Shown here: in pieces, positions 32,359 to 41,201 of the stretch | Position numbering within the stretch: the stretch's first letter is position 1 | Layout of the letters: each line of letters opens with the position of its first letter | Assembly: GCA_029263475.1 (NCBI GenBank) | Contig: JAJCXK010000081.1 | Location: 6,698 to 70,697, forward strand | Reading direction: 5' to 3' | Length of the DNA stretch: 64,000 nt | Origin: Nitrosopumilus sp. | GTDB lineage: Archaea > Thermoproteota > Nitrososphaeria > Nitrososphaerales > Nitrosopumilaceae | Notes under the pieces: model-generated | Told to the model about the DNA's origin: nothing | Database searches by the model: none | The model's input: the letters and a program-made list of their open reading frames with translations, nothing else | Program-made: the position numbers and the translations under genes

Positions 32359-32733
32359 ATGTACCATCCATCCTTTGTCAAGAAATTGGAAGGACAGGAG
32401 TTTACCGTCAACCCAAACAACAACTCCGTAGTCTTAGAAATCACTACGCCCTTCAAATCTGCCGGATACAAGGCAGGCTGGGACGTATCAAAGTATGGTT
32501 CCATCGGATTCGGAGTAAATCAGTCCATCATACAATTTGTTCAGGACCGAAAAGCTCATCTTGTAATTTTACTATCAAACAGGCACAACGAGCAGCATTG
32601 GATAAATTTTGATCAAATCAAACAATTCATGAAGAACAATCCTCACATCTACAAAACGCATGGAAAGGAACTGATAGTCCTTCCCTGGAAAATTTTCTCT
32701 CCTTCTCTAAACGCCTTGGGGGTTCAATCATGA
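32359..32733 (+). CDS. Viral hypothetical protein
   Basis: ATG 32359 follows the stop of the previous microprotein. Confidence 0.65.
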   Translation: MYHPSFVKKLEGQEFTVNPNNNSVVLEITTPFKSAGYKAGWDVSKYGSIGFGVNQSIIQFVQDRKAHLVILLSNRHNEQHWINFDQIKQFMKNNPHIYKTHGKELIVLPWKIFSPSLNALGVQS

Positions 32734-32945
32734 GCATACATCCTCACATCCAAAGTGGCATTGATCTCTCTGAGAAAAACAACTCAATGATCATTGAAAT
32801 TACTGACAACTATCGACAGATTCAAACCGTCTGTCCTGAATGTAAAACTAAAGTCTGCTATTACTCTGATGGAATCCCAAAGGAGCACTACTGTACCGTC
32901 TGCAAAAATCTAGTCAATTTATCATTGGGGAAAATTCCAGCTTGA
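32730..32945 (+). CDS. Zinc-ribbon protein
   Basis: CPEC...CTVC. Confidence 0.7.
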   Translation: MSIHPHIQSGIDLSEKNNSMIIEITDNYRQIQTVCPECKTKVCYYSDGIPKEHYCTVCKNLVNLSLGKIPA

Positions 32946-33205
32946 ACCATTTCACTTTACATGCCATGCCTCGAAAGCAAGAGGTTCATACAACAATGCC
33001 GTCACACTTTGATGGTCTATTCAAAAAATCAAGTCAGATTCCAATTCTGTACAGTTTGGAATACTCTGGTCACATCGCACCAATGAGATTTTTGGTAGAG
33101 CAAGCTTCCCGGAGATTTATCTGAAAATGATAATTTTTTCTCACTCTTTACCTCGAGAAATTTTTTCCTCTTTCAATTCAAAAAAACGGGAGTGCATGCT
33201 GTAGC

Positions 33206-33763
33206 ATGAAGAGCCTTACCATATCCCTAAAGCAAAAGTTTCTTCCAAGGCTGATTCACAGAGACGGTGGCTTCAAGTGCTTTTACTGCAATCAGATTTT
33301 GTCATCCAAGCGGTTCTCCTTTGATCATCTAAACAACAACAGGACCGATAACAGGCTTGAAAACCTCGTATTGTGCCACCAGTCCTGCAACATCAAGAAG
33401 ATATCATACCTTGACTATCAGATAATTGCAAAAGAGAAGCTGAGAAAAAACGAGGAGGAATTTTCTGGGAGGGAGGAAAAAAACCCAAACACGCACTTTG
33501 ACTATACAAGTGAGATTGGAATTAACATTGGAACCTACGATATCGTCGAGTCCTACCTAAAAAATGAGACCACCACAGATGGCCACGTTCTCTTCAATGA
33601 TGCCCTTTACTCCATCGTATACCTCTGCAAGCAGAAGATGGGCCACGGCTCAGAGCAGGCAGTAAGACGTCACTTGAACACCCTGACATCATCTGTCGCA
33701 CCATACCTGATTACTCGAAACGAGTCAAACCAGAAGATCATCGTTGGGAGGCCTGAAAATTGA
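33206..33763 (+). CDS. HNH endonuclease with a C-terminal wHTH-like domain
   Basis: RDG...CFYC, DH......N...NLVLCHQSCN..K. Confidence 0.85.
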   Translation: MKSLTISLKQKFLPRLIHRDGGFKCFYCNQILSSKRFSFDHLNNNRTDNRLENLVLCHQSCNIKKISYLDYQIIAKEKLRKNEEEFSGREEKNPNTHFDYTSEIGINIGTYDIVESYLKNETTTDGHVLFNDALYSIVYLCKQKMGHGSEQAVRRHLNTLTSSVAPYLITRNESNQKIIVGRPEN

Positions 33764-34066
33764 AACGTTCCGCTGAATTCCTACCCATCAATTCTGAATA
33801 TGGGGAGGTTTCAGTCTCATTATATTCCGCATGTATTGCAAGATGCACAATTCCAGTAATCATTTCAAAGCATGTGCTCTTACCGTTTTGCGATTGCCAT
33901 GATGATCACGATAGCCAAGGGAGCATTGCGGATTGATTGGTCTCTGCCACAAATGCTTTTCATCTGGCATTGAAACTCATTCCTCAAAGGAAACCGGACA
34001 GCCGATATGTGAAAAATGTGATTCTGTTTTTGTAAAATCCTTTCTGATTAATCAGGACTGGCAATC

Positions 34067-34228
34067 ATGAATCCTCTTGACTATCTGCCTGAATGCAAAA
34101 AGGCACATTGCCGTAAATGCGGATTTGATTTTTTTACAAAGTATGTGGAAAGGATAAATAGAAAATTGTGCTCTGCATGTGATGCTCAGGATGTCAATGT
34201 AAGAACTGTCAGGAGTTGGGAATCTTGA
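34067..34228 (+). CDS. 53-aa zinc-ribbon microprotein
   Basis: CRKCG...CSAC; hand-translated. Confidence 0.6.
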   Translation: MNPLDYLPECKKAHCRKCGFDFFTKYVERINRKLCSACDAQDVNVRTVRSWES

Positions 34229-34971
34229 AAATCCTCAATCAGATCTTCAACGAGGACTGTGTCTCTGGAATGAAGAAAATTCCAAAGGGAAAGATTGATC
34301 TTGTCGTAACTGATCCTCCCTTTGCAATTGATTTCAAATCAAAAAAGGCAAACTATAATCGAACTGCCTCAAACGTGATAGGCGGTTACGAGGACATTCT
34401 GCCCAAAGACTATGACAAGTTCACTCATGACTGGATGACTCTAGCCTACGATTCCCTAAAGCCTAACGGTTCGATGTATGTAATCTCAGGCTACAACAAC
34501 CTCAACATAATCGAAAACAACCTCAAATCAGTGGGATTCTACGTTGCAAATCACATAATCTGGAAGTTTCAGTTTGGAGTGGTAACCCGAAACAAGTTCG
34601 TAACCTCTCACTATCACATTCTCTTTGTTACAAAGAGGCGAAAGGATTATGACTTTTACACCAATTGCAGGTTTGAAGATTCGGAACGTGCAGTGGATGG
34701 CAAGGGTTGTGCCCGTTACCAGGACATGGAAGATGTCTGGTACATCAAGCGAGAATACTGGACCGGAAAGAAAAAGACTCCTACCAAGCTTCCGTCTGAA
34801 CTGATTAGAAAGATTCTATCATACTCCAGCAAGAAGGGCGATTACATACTTGATCCGTTTTTGGGTTCTGGAATGGTGGCTACTGTTGCAAAGGAGATGA
34901 AGAGAAAGTATGTCGGATTTGAGATTGTAAAGGATTATTTTGATTTTGCAAAGGAGCGATTGGAAAATTGA
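34216..34971 (+). CDS. N6-adenine/N4-cytosine DNA methyltransferase (beta-type order)
   Basis: VVTDPPF near the N-terminus, TPTKLP, LDPFLGSG near the C-terminus. Confidence 0.93.
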   Translation: MGILKILNQIFNEDCVSGMKKIPKGKIDLVVTDPPFAIDFKSKKANYNRTASNVIGGYEDILPKDYDKFTHDWMTLAYDSLKPNGSMYVISGYNNLNIIENNLKSVGFYVANHIIWKFQFGVVTRNKFVTSHYHILFVTKRRKDYDFYTNCRFEDSERAVDGKGCARYQDMEDVWYIKREYWTGKKKTPTKLPSELIRKILSYSSKKGDYILDPFLGSGMVATVAKEMKRKYVGFEIVKDYFDFAKERLEN

Positions 34972-35159
34972 AACACTTCAAAATAATTAGTGAACACACT
35001 ACTCGTGAATTTAACATTGAAGATGACGAGTTGGTGATGTGGAATATTCTAAAAATAAATGACTGTGAAGAAATAATTCCTATCAAACAACTAGAGCCAT
35101 TTCTTAAACAAATGCAAAACGAAAAATCTTATCCTACAAAAAAGGAGGATTTGATTTGA
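34968..35159 (+). CDS. Viral hypothetical protein
   Basis: Overlapping coupled ORF. Confidence 0.55.
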   Translation: MKHFKIISEHTTREFNIEDDELVMWNILKINDCEEIIPIKQLEPFLKQMQNEKSYPTKKEDLI

Positions 35160-36243
35160 AACAAGTTCTAATCTCTGACATAGCAATTGGAAAAAGAATT
35201 AGAAAAGATATTGGAAATCTTGATGGACTAGCGTCATCAATTGAGGATGTTGATCTTTTGCATCCTATCGTAGTTGATGAGAAAAACAATCTGATTGCCG
35301 GACTGCGAAGACTTGAAGCATGTAAAAAATTGGATTGGAATAAAATTCCTGTAACTGTCATATCTCTTGATGAAAATGTATTTGGAGAGATTGAGGAAAA
35401 CCAGCTAAGAAAAGATTTCACTGAAAGCGAAAAGGCAGCAATACAGATTATTCTAAAGGAAAAATTCAGTCAAGAAACTAATCAGGGACAAAGAAATGAT
35501 CTAACTTCTATCAGAAATCAGACAGAAGTTAACAAGCCAACTCTTGATAAGATTGGAGAGATATTCAATGAGAGTTCTGATACCGTCCACAAGAGAATTT
35601 CCATTGTTGAAGATGGCGATAATGATACCATTCAGGCACTAGATGCCAGAAAATATCCGTAAATGGTGCCTACAATAAGGTCCAAAACAGAAAAAGAAAG
35701 ATAGGCTCCAAGACTCCTGTAATCCCTGAAATGGATTACAACGTATGGTATGTTGATCCTCCCTGGGAGTTTGACAATCAAAACACTGGTGGCTCTCTGA
35801 CCTCTGGTGCTTCCCAAAAGTATCCTACGATGCAAACTGATGACATCATTACACTGATGAAAAAATTCCAGTATCACAAGGATTCTGTCATGTTCATGTG
35901 GGCAACAAACGCAATGCTTCCAGATGCGATGAGAATAATCTCAGAGCTTGGCTTTACCTACAAGGGCAAGGTCACTTGGAGAAAGACAAACTTTCTTGGG
36001 ATGGGATACTGGTATCGAAACGTAACTGAGGACTGTCTGTTTGCAATCAAGGGAAACGTAAGGGCGTTTCATTCACAGCTACCAAATTACTTTGAGGCAC
36101 CTAACACAAAGCATTCTGAAAAGCCTGACGAGATGCGAGTGATCATCGAGGATGGAATATCTAGAATGTCTGTCATAAAGAAGATAGAAGTCTTTGCAAG
36201 AAAGGAATCGACAAGCTGGAAGGCATGGGGGAATCAGATTTGA
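35156..36243 (+). pseudogene. ParB/Srx-like domain and MT-A70 adenine methyltransferase fusion, split by a 1-nt frameshift at 35650-35653
   Basis: ParB: RKD.G...LA.SI...LLHPIVV...LIAG.RRL.A. MTase: YVDPPW, FMWATN, TE.CLFA..G, HSEKP, IEVFAR. The -1 frame is open between them. Confidence 0.65.
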
Positions 36244-36276
36244 AATCTAATTTTGAAACAAAATTGAAATCTAGAG

Positions 36277-36543
36277 ATGTACCTCACAAGGGAACGAAGA
36301 TTGAAGATTTCACAGAGAAGGAGGAAAAGTAAATTGCCTAAACCTGGATTCACTTCTTTGACAATCGGTGATATCGTATATGATAAGTGGCATGAATTCC
36401 ATGCTGCAAGAAAAAAGAACTTTTCAGTAATGGGAGTGTCTAGTCTGTCTGGGCTGATCAGCTTGATTCTTGATTCTGTTGCAAAGCAAAACGGAGCCAA
36501 GCTTACAGAAATCATAACAATGGAGATTGATAAAATTGGGTAA
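36277..36543 (+). CDS. Viral hypothetical, possible RHH DNA-binding protein
   Basis: PKPGFTSLTIGDIVYDKW...SSLSGLISLIL. Confidence 0.55.
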   Translation: MYLTRERRLKISQRRRKSKLPKPGFTSLTIGDIVYDKWHEFHAARKKNFSVMGVSSLSGLISLILDSVAKQNGAKLTEIITMEIDKIG

Positions 36544-36964
36544 CAAGTCCTGGAAGCATCGTGCAAACGCCAACAGGACCGTAGGCTCTGACTCTGACAG
36601 AATTATCCAGGTAATGTCCTACATTGGCAGGGGCTACAAGGCAGCATCCCATCAGACACTGCCACTTCCCCAGGGAAGATTTGGACAAAGAAGGCCTGAT
36701 ATACTAATGGAGATATGCGGTCATACCGTGCCTGTGGAGCTTGATGGTGGGGTTCATGGATTCAACGATGAGATATCTGAGACAAAAAACACCAAGGACA
36801 GAAACGATGATTACATCCGGGACGGGTATCTTCCAATAATTCTAAATCATGAGCAGCTGAGGGAACTGGAAATCTCAGAAGAACTCTACATCAAGTGTGC
36901 CCTGATTGCCTTTGAGCCAATCTACAGGACCATGAAGAGATTGCAGTTGGAGAAAGAACAATGA
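36527..36964 (+). CDS. DUF559/Vsr-like PD-(D/E)XK endonuclease
   Basis: RPDI, VELDGGVH, RN..Y...GY motifs. Confidence 0.75.
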   Translation: MIKLGNKSWKHRANANRTVGSDSDRIIQVMSYIGRGYKAASHQTLPLPQGRFGQRRPDILMEICGHTVPVELDGGVHGFNDEISETKNTKDRNDDYIRDGYLPIILNHEQLRELEISEELYIKCALIAFEPIYRTMKRLQLEKEQ

Positions 36965-37176
36965 CTCTTTGCAAGGGCACTTGTCCGAGATACAAGGCCA
37001 AGGGATTTGCAAGAAACAGATATGCTCAGGGACAAAAGTATTGCAAGGAATGCCAGCTCTATGTCTACTGGGATGGCAAATATTGTCCGTGCTGCGGAAG
37101 GCAGCTAAAGACCCGTCCGTCAAATAAGAAATTCAAACGACAGTTCTTGAAAGATACCGGAGTGATTATCATATGA
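36961..37176 (+). CDS. Viral copy of the thaumarchaeal Cys-rich zinc-finger family
   Basis: CKGTCPRYK...RY..GQKYCKEC.....WDG..CPCCG..LKTRP; matches the host ORF at 24678. Confidence 0.8.
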   Translation: MTLCKGTCPRYKAKGFARNRYAQGQKYCKECQLYVYWDGKYCPCCGRQLKTRPSNKKFKRQFLKDTGVIII

Positions 37177-37352
37177 CTGGTAAAATCCGACATTCAAGAA
37201 TCAAAACTTTGTACGACAAGGCAAAGACTGGAAAATACACCTGGGATGATCTGAGGACTCATGGCATGGCAATGGGAGTAAACAGATCTGTTGTCAACGG
37301 CTATCTTGATGACGTTTATGAAATGCTGAAAAAGGCAGGATATTTGAAATGA
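37173..37352 (+). CDS. Viral hypothetical protein (59 aa)
   Basis: Hand-translated, ATGA-coupled. Confidence 0.6.
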   Translation: MTGKIRHSRIKTLYDKAKTGKYTWDDLRTHGMAMGVNRSVVNGYLDDVYEMLKKAGYLK

Positions 37353-37354
37353 TT

Positions 37355-37483
37355 TTAGATCTTCTTCACGTTGACTTGAACTTCTGCAACAAGTTTTTCC
37401 TTTTCAATAATCTTATGATAATTTTTAGGGATGATGATTATCATTTTGTCGCCCATTTTAGAGACTTTACCCACAAATTCCAT
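37355..37483 (-). CDS. 42-aa AbrB-like swapped-hairpin regulator
   Basis: MEFVGKVSKMGDKMIIIIPKNYHKII...VQVNVKKI; not in the ORF track. Confidence 0.7.
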   Translation of the reverse strand: MEFVGKVSKMGDKMIIIIPKNYHKIIEKEKLVAEVQVNVKKI

Positions 37484-37502
37484 TCCATTACGCATACGAT
37501 TG

Positions 37503-37584
37503 GTATACAATATAAGCTATTTAAGAATATACAATTAGCATACTGTTGGTATACCCTAATATATTACGTATACAATAAGTATAC
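37503..37584. promoter_or_regulatory. Phased GTATAC operator array in a divergent promoter
   Basis: GTATAC at 37503, 37549, 37568, 37579; variants ATATAC 37527 and GCATAC 37538; mostly 11-bp spacing. Confidence 0.65.
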
Positions 37585-38178
37585 TATGAATAAAGCAACT
37601 AAAATAAAAAAATCAAGATTTGCAGAGGTCGGAGTAGAAAGCACACAAGGACTAATCAGAAAGGACCTGCTCCTGGGAGATGATTTCTGATGAAATACAA
37701 AAAGTTCCAATGCAAGAATCATCTTAATTTTGTAACAAATTCAAAAAAAGAATTTCTTAAACACGTTAGATCACATTTGGAGGGGCTATGATGACTAGAC
37801 AAATACACAATATGGAATTGCATGATCTGAGAATCAACACAATATCCGACAAAATTGAGTCTGTCTCAAAATTTATGGGGATCAACAACAAGACCAAAAT
37901 CACATATCTTGAGAAAATCATTGACCAGTTAAAAAAAGAAGATGATGACGACGTGGAGAAAGCGTGAGTATGGAAATTATCGAGCAATTGGAGGACGATG
38001 AGTAATGAGTAAGACTGACAAAATAGACTATGAAACTGCCAAATTCATCTTTGACGCAATACAGGACTCACTTGGCTCATATGGACTTGAATGGTCAAGG
38101 ATAGGACGATATCAAGAACTATGCAAATCTAAATTGGAAAAACGAGATTCACCGACTAACGGAGACGGTGGTAAGTAA

Positions 38179-38520
38179 ATGGACTTCAAGATTCTCAAGG
38201 CAGTCGATGAGAAATATTACAAAGGAATGTTGAACATAGTCATACAATCACCTGATCAAGAACAAGCCGATAATGTTGAAGAAGAGATCATTGATAATGA
38301 ATTGGTAGCATCACATTACAAAACAAATAACGATAACGGATATCATTTCTTCAAGTCTGAATATGTGGATGAATTAGAGCAAGAAAACAAGCAACTCAAA
38401 GAAAAACTAGGTGAGGTATTACAGCAACTACATATTACAAACGAACAACTGACCAACATCGTTTTTGCACATCAGGCACTTTCAGATTCACAATCTTCTA
38501 GGGAGGTTGAGAAGAAATGA
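38179..38520 (+). CDS. Viral hypothetical coiled-coil protein
   Basis: ORF track; coupled operon. Confidence 0.7.
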   Translation: MDFKILKAVDEKYYKGMLNIVIQSPDQEQADNVEEEIIDNELVASHYKTNNDNGYHFFKSEYVDELEQENKQLKEKLGEVLQQLHITNEQLTNIVFAHQALSDSQSSREVEKK

Positions 38521-38726
38521 CTAAGTGTTATTGGAATCCAAGAGACCTAGTAGAATCAAAAATATCTACTTGTAAGTCAGATGATCACGAAGGTAAACGA
38601 AGAGGACTATCTTGTCGATTGGTAATGACACTTGCAGATGATGGATTTAGCGGATATGATGTTCAACAATACATCTCTGGAACTGAGAAATACTATTGCG
38701 ATGAATGCTACGAGGAATTACTTTGA
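38517..38726 (+). CDS. Cys-rich viral protein
   Basis: YCDEC C-terminus. Confidence 0.65.
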   Translation: MTKCYWNPRDLVESKISTCKSDDHEGKRRGLSCRLVMTLADDGFSGYDVQQYISGTEKYYCDECYEELL

Positions 38727-38760
38727 CATCTCGACAGTATTTTCAGGGGGTAATTAGGAA

Positions 38761-39063
38761 ATGACTGAGAATCTATCTACGGATTTCTTACAAAGATGTG
38801 AATCAATCACAAGAGCCTTTGAGAAAAGGCTCGGCAAGTGGAGTTTTGAAAGACAGTTCTTGCATATGTATGAGGAAGTTCAGGAAACAAGAAACGCCCT
38901 CCGAATTTTGGATATTGATAATTTCAAGGAAGAATGCTGTGATGTGATTCTCACGGCTTTAACTGCATTGCATAAGGTAGACGTTACTCCTACTGAGATT
39001 CAGGATGCAATGGAATCAAAACTAGACACCGTTGAGTATCTATGTGGGATAAAGGAGTTCTAA
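38761..39063 (+). CDS. MazG-like nucleotide pyrophosphohydrolase
   Basis: EExxE...EExxD (YEEVQE...KEECCDV). Confidence 0.75.
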   Translation: MTENLSTDFLQRCESITRAFEKRLGKWSFERQFLHMYEEVQETRNALRILDIDNFKEECCDVILTALTALHKVDVTPTEIQDAMESKLDTVEYLCGIKEF

Positions 39064-39078
39064 TGACAATAATTATGG

Positions 39079-39372
39079 ATGGTGAATCTTAGAATGTATC
39101 AAGGTGAAGAGTATGAACAACTCAAACAGAAAGCAAAAGATGATAATTTTGTCTATGACCTAACAAGCCAAAGACATGACGTTGAGGAATTATTTCATAA
39201 ACTAGAGAGTGCCTATTTACAAGCAGATTTGATTGAGACTAGATTCTGTATCAACACTAATCAAAAGAAAGGAGAAATTAACGAATGGTATTATGCTAAT
39301 TCAGAAGCCTTTGACAAACTCAAAAAATCATACTACCGTCTGAAAAATGATTTGCGGAGACTGAACAAATGA
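39079..39372 (+). CDS. Viral hypothetical protein
   Basis: ORF track. Confidence 0.65.
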   Translation: MVNLRMYQGEEYEQLKQKAKDDNFVYDLTSQRHDVEELFHKLESAYLQADLIETRFCINTNQKKGEINEWYYANSEAFDKLKKSYYRLKNDLRRLNK

Positions 39373-39427
39373 TATTCACAAGATTTCAGAACAGTAAAGA
39401 TCAAATGCATGGCAAGGGAGTAAAGAC

Positions 39428-39943
39428 ATGATTCCGGATTCCAATCTCTACAAGAACACAAAGGTAAACTCCATCAAGACAATGATGGAAGTGCAGAAAC
39501 TTCTAACAAAGTTTGGAATAGTGGAAAAGCGACTAACACAGCAGGGAGGCAACAACAGTTTCTTTGAGTTCATCATCAGAAAGGACGAGAATACAAGCCT
39601 GATGATCAAGATCAAGATACCATTCATCGAGAAGGAAGTAGGCGATAGGTACAACCGTACTCTAGAATATGATGAGGAAAGATCATTTCGATACTTTTAC
39701 CACTATCTCAAGGCTCTACTGTCTGCAAAGGAGGCTGAAATCTATTCGCTTGAAGAAATATTCATGGCTCACATCGTCATGCCATTGCCAAACGGCCAGA
39801 CAGTAACTCTTGGAGAGCAGCTTACAAAGCAAATTGAGACTGGAAATACTCCGATGTTGGATGGGTTTGACGTAGTATCTGCACCTGTAAGCAATGCGTT
39901 GGAAGACAAGAAGAACACATTGAGGGTATTGAAATCAACATGA
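39428..39943 (+). CDS. Viral hypothetical protein
   Basis: 171-aa ORF with SD GGGAG. Confidence 0.75.
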   Translation: MIPDSNLYKNTKVNSIKTMMEVQKLLTKFGIVEKRLTQQGGNNSFFEFIIRKDENTSLMIKIKIPFIEKEVGDRYNRTLEYDEERSFRYFYHYLKALLSAKEAEIYSLEEIFMAHIVMPLPNGQTVTLGEQLTKQIETGNTPMLDGFDVVSAPVSNALEDKKNTLRVLKST

Positions 39944-40397
39944 CAATTGAATTAGAAAGTCAAATACATGTTATTACCAATCATAATTCATGCCTAGATG
40001 GAATTGTCGTGATTGTGACATGCCGATGACTACAATGGATGTAAGTCCCTCCATGAGGTGTCCGCATTGCAACAAGTCAATGGTTCGAATGGAAGAATGA
40101 CAATCAATAAAAAAAGTTGCCTTACCTTTGAAAACCATTGGTTCTGCGAGAGATGCGACAGGTGGAATCAGAATCAAAAGAAGAACTGTCCCGTATGCTG
40201 CATCAAGCAGAAGAGAGCGAGGCTGTGCTATTGACCGTATCAAACAATGGTGAGGATTAACGATGAAAGAAAATGAACCCTTTTCAATTGCAAAAATACC
40301 CAAAATGTATCATAAAATTTGCCAAAAATAACCAATTCTTACTACTATCTTAACCAAATAAGATATATTATATATTAGAAAATGGTAATTCATACCA

Positions 40398-40709
40398 TTG
40401 GCTCAAGAAGATATGTTCAGTAAGAAAGGCAACGTAAAATACAGCAAAGTTGTCGCAAACATTCCAGAAGGATTACTAGATGAATTTGACAAGATATGTG
40501 AGAAGCGATACTATTCCAGAGCAGAAGGAATCAAGGAGGCAATGCGTGAGTTCATCAAAAAACCCAGTACGGATAATGACATATCTGAAGTTATGGATAA
40601 GATACCTCTCAAAGAAGGAATCGGAGGAGTCGTTGATTTGATTGCAGGGCTTGCTACCGATCCCAGAATACAGAAACTAAGGGAAGAAAAAAGAAAAGCC
40701 AAAAAATGA
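40398..40709 (+). CDS. CopG/NikR-type ribbon-helix-helix regulator
   Basis: VANIPEGLLDEFDKICEKRYYSRAEGIKEAMREFI. Confidence 0.85.
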   Translation: MAQEDMFSKKGNVKYSKVVANIPEGLLDEFDKICEKRYYSRAEGIKEAMREFIKKPSTDNDISEVMDKIPLKEGIGGVVDLIAGLATDPRIQKLREEKRKAKK

Positions 40710-40766
40710 TACTCACATCATTAATCTACTGTAAATTTAAAATAATTGGCACTGTTTTTACTACAA

Positions 40767-40895
40767 ATGGCAAGAAAATCAGGCGTAACCAGGCCACAGC
40801 AGCACGAGTTCAAGTGCAGTCATTGTGATTTTATCTCAAAAAAGCATGGCTCTCTCGTATTGCATTTGAAGGAAGCACATGACGTTGAGCTGTAA
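40767..40895 (+). CDS. 42-aa classical C2H2 zinc-finger protein
   Basis: FKCSHCDFISKKHGSLVLHLKEAH; not in the ORF track. Confidence 0.75.
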   Translation: MARKSGVTRPQQHEFKCSHCDFISKKHGSLVLHLKEAHDVEL

Positions 40896-40898
40896 GAG

Positions 40899-41135
40899 AT
40901 GAGATACAGACTGTACAAAGATGAAGAATTTCTTGGAACCATTATCGACAGGCCAGCATTTCATAACCGATTTGAAGGCAATGATCCAAACTCTCCGAAA
41001 GCAGGAGACAAGATAACCTATGAGGACGTGCAGTACACCATTACAATCTATTTTGAATTTGAATCAGAATCATTTACCGAAAACGAATTTCATGAAAAGG
41101 AAACAGAGTGGTTTGCAGATGTCCAAGTGAAATAA
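40899..41135 (+). CDS. Viral hypothetical protein
   Basis: ORF track. Confidence 0.65.
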   Translation: MRYRLYKDEEFLGTIIDRPAFHNRFEGNDPNSPKAGDKITYEDVQYTITIYFEFESESFTENEFHEKETEWFADVQVK

Positions 41136-41201
41136 TTTTCTGATCTCGTTTCTTATCCCCACGCATATAAACATCTCAATCTCTAGTGTCATTGCGTAGA
41201 C

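Noticed and set aside
35640-35670. BHB intron or canonical slippery heptamer at the ParB/MTase junction
   Set aside because: No BHB fold and no X XXY YYZ heptamer; a single-base deletion is simpler
37349-37690. 113-aa plus-strand ORF
   Set aside because: Mostly antisense to the AbrB-like gene and crosses the operator array; only the part from ATG 37586 is plausible
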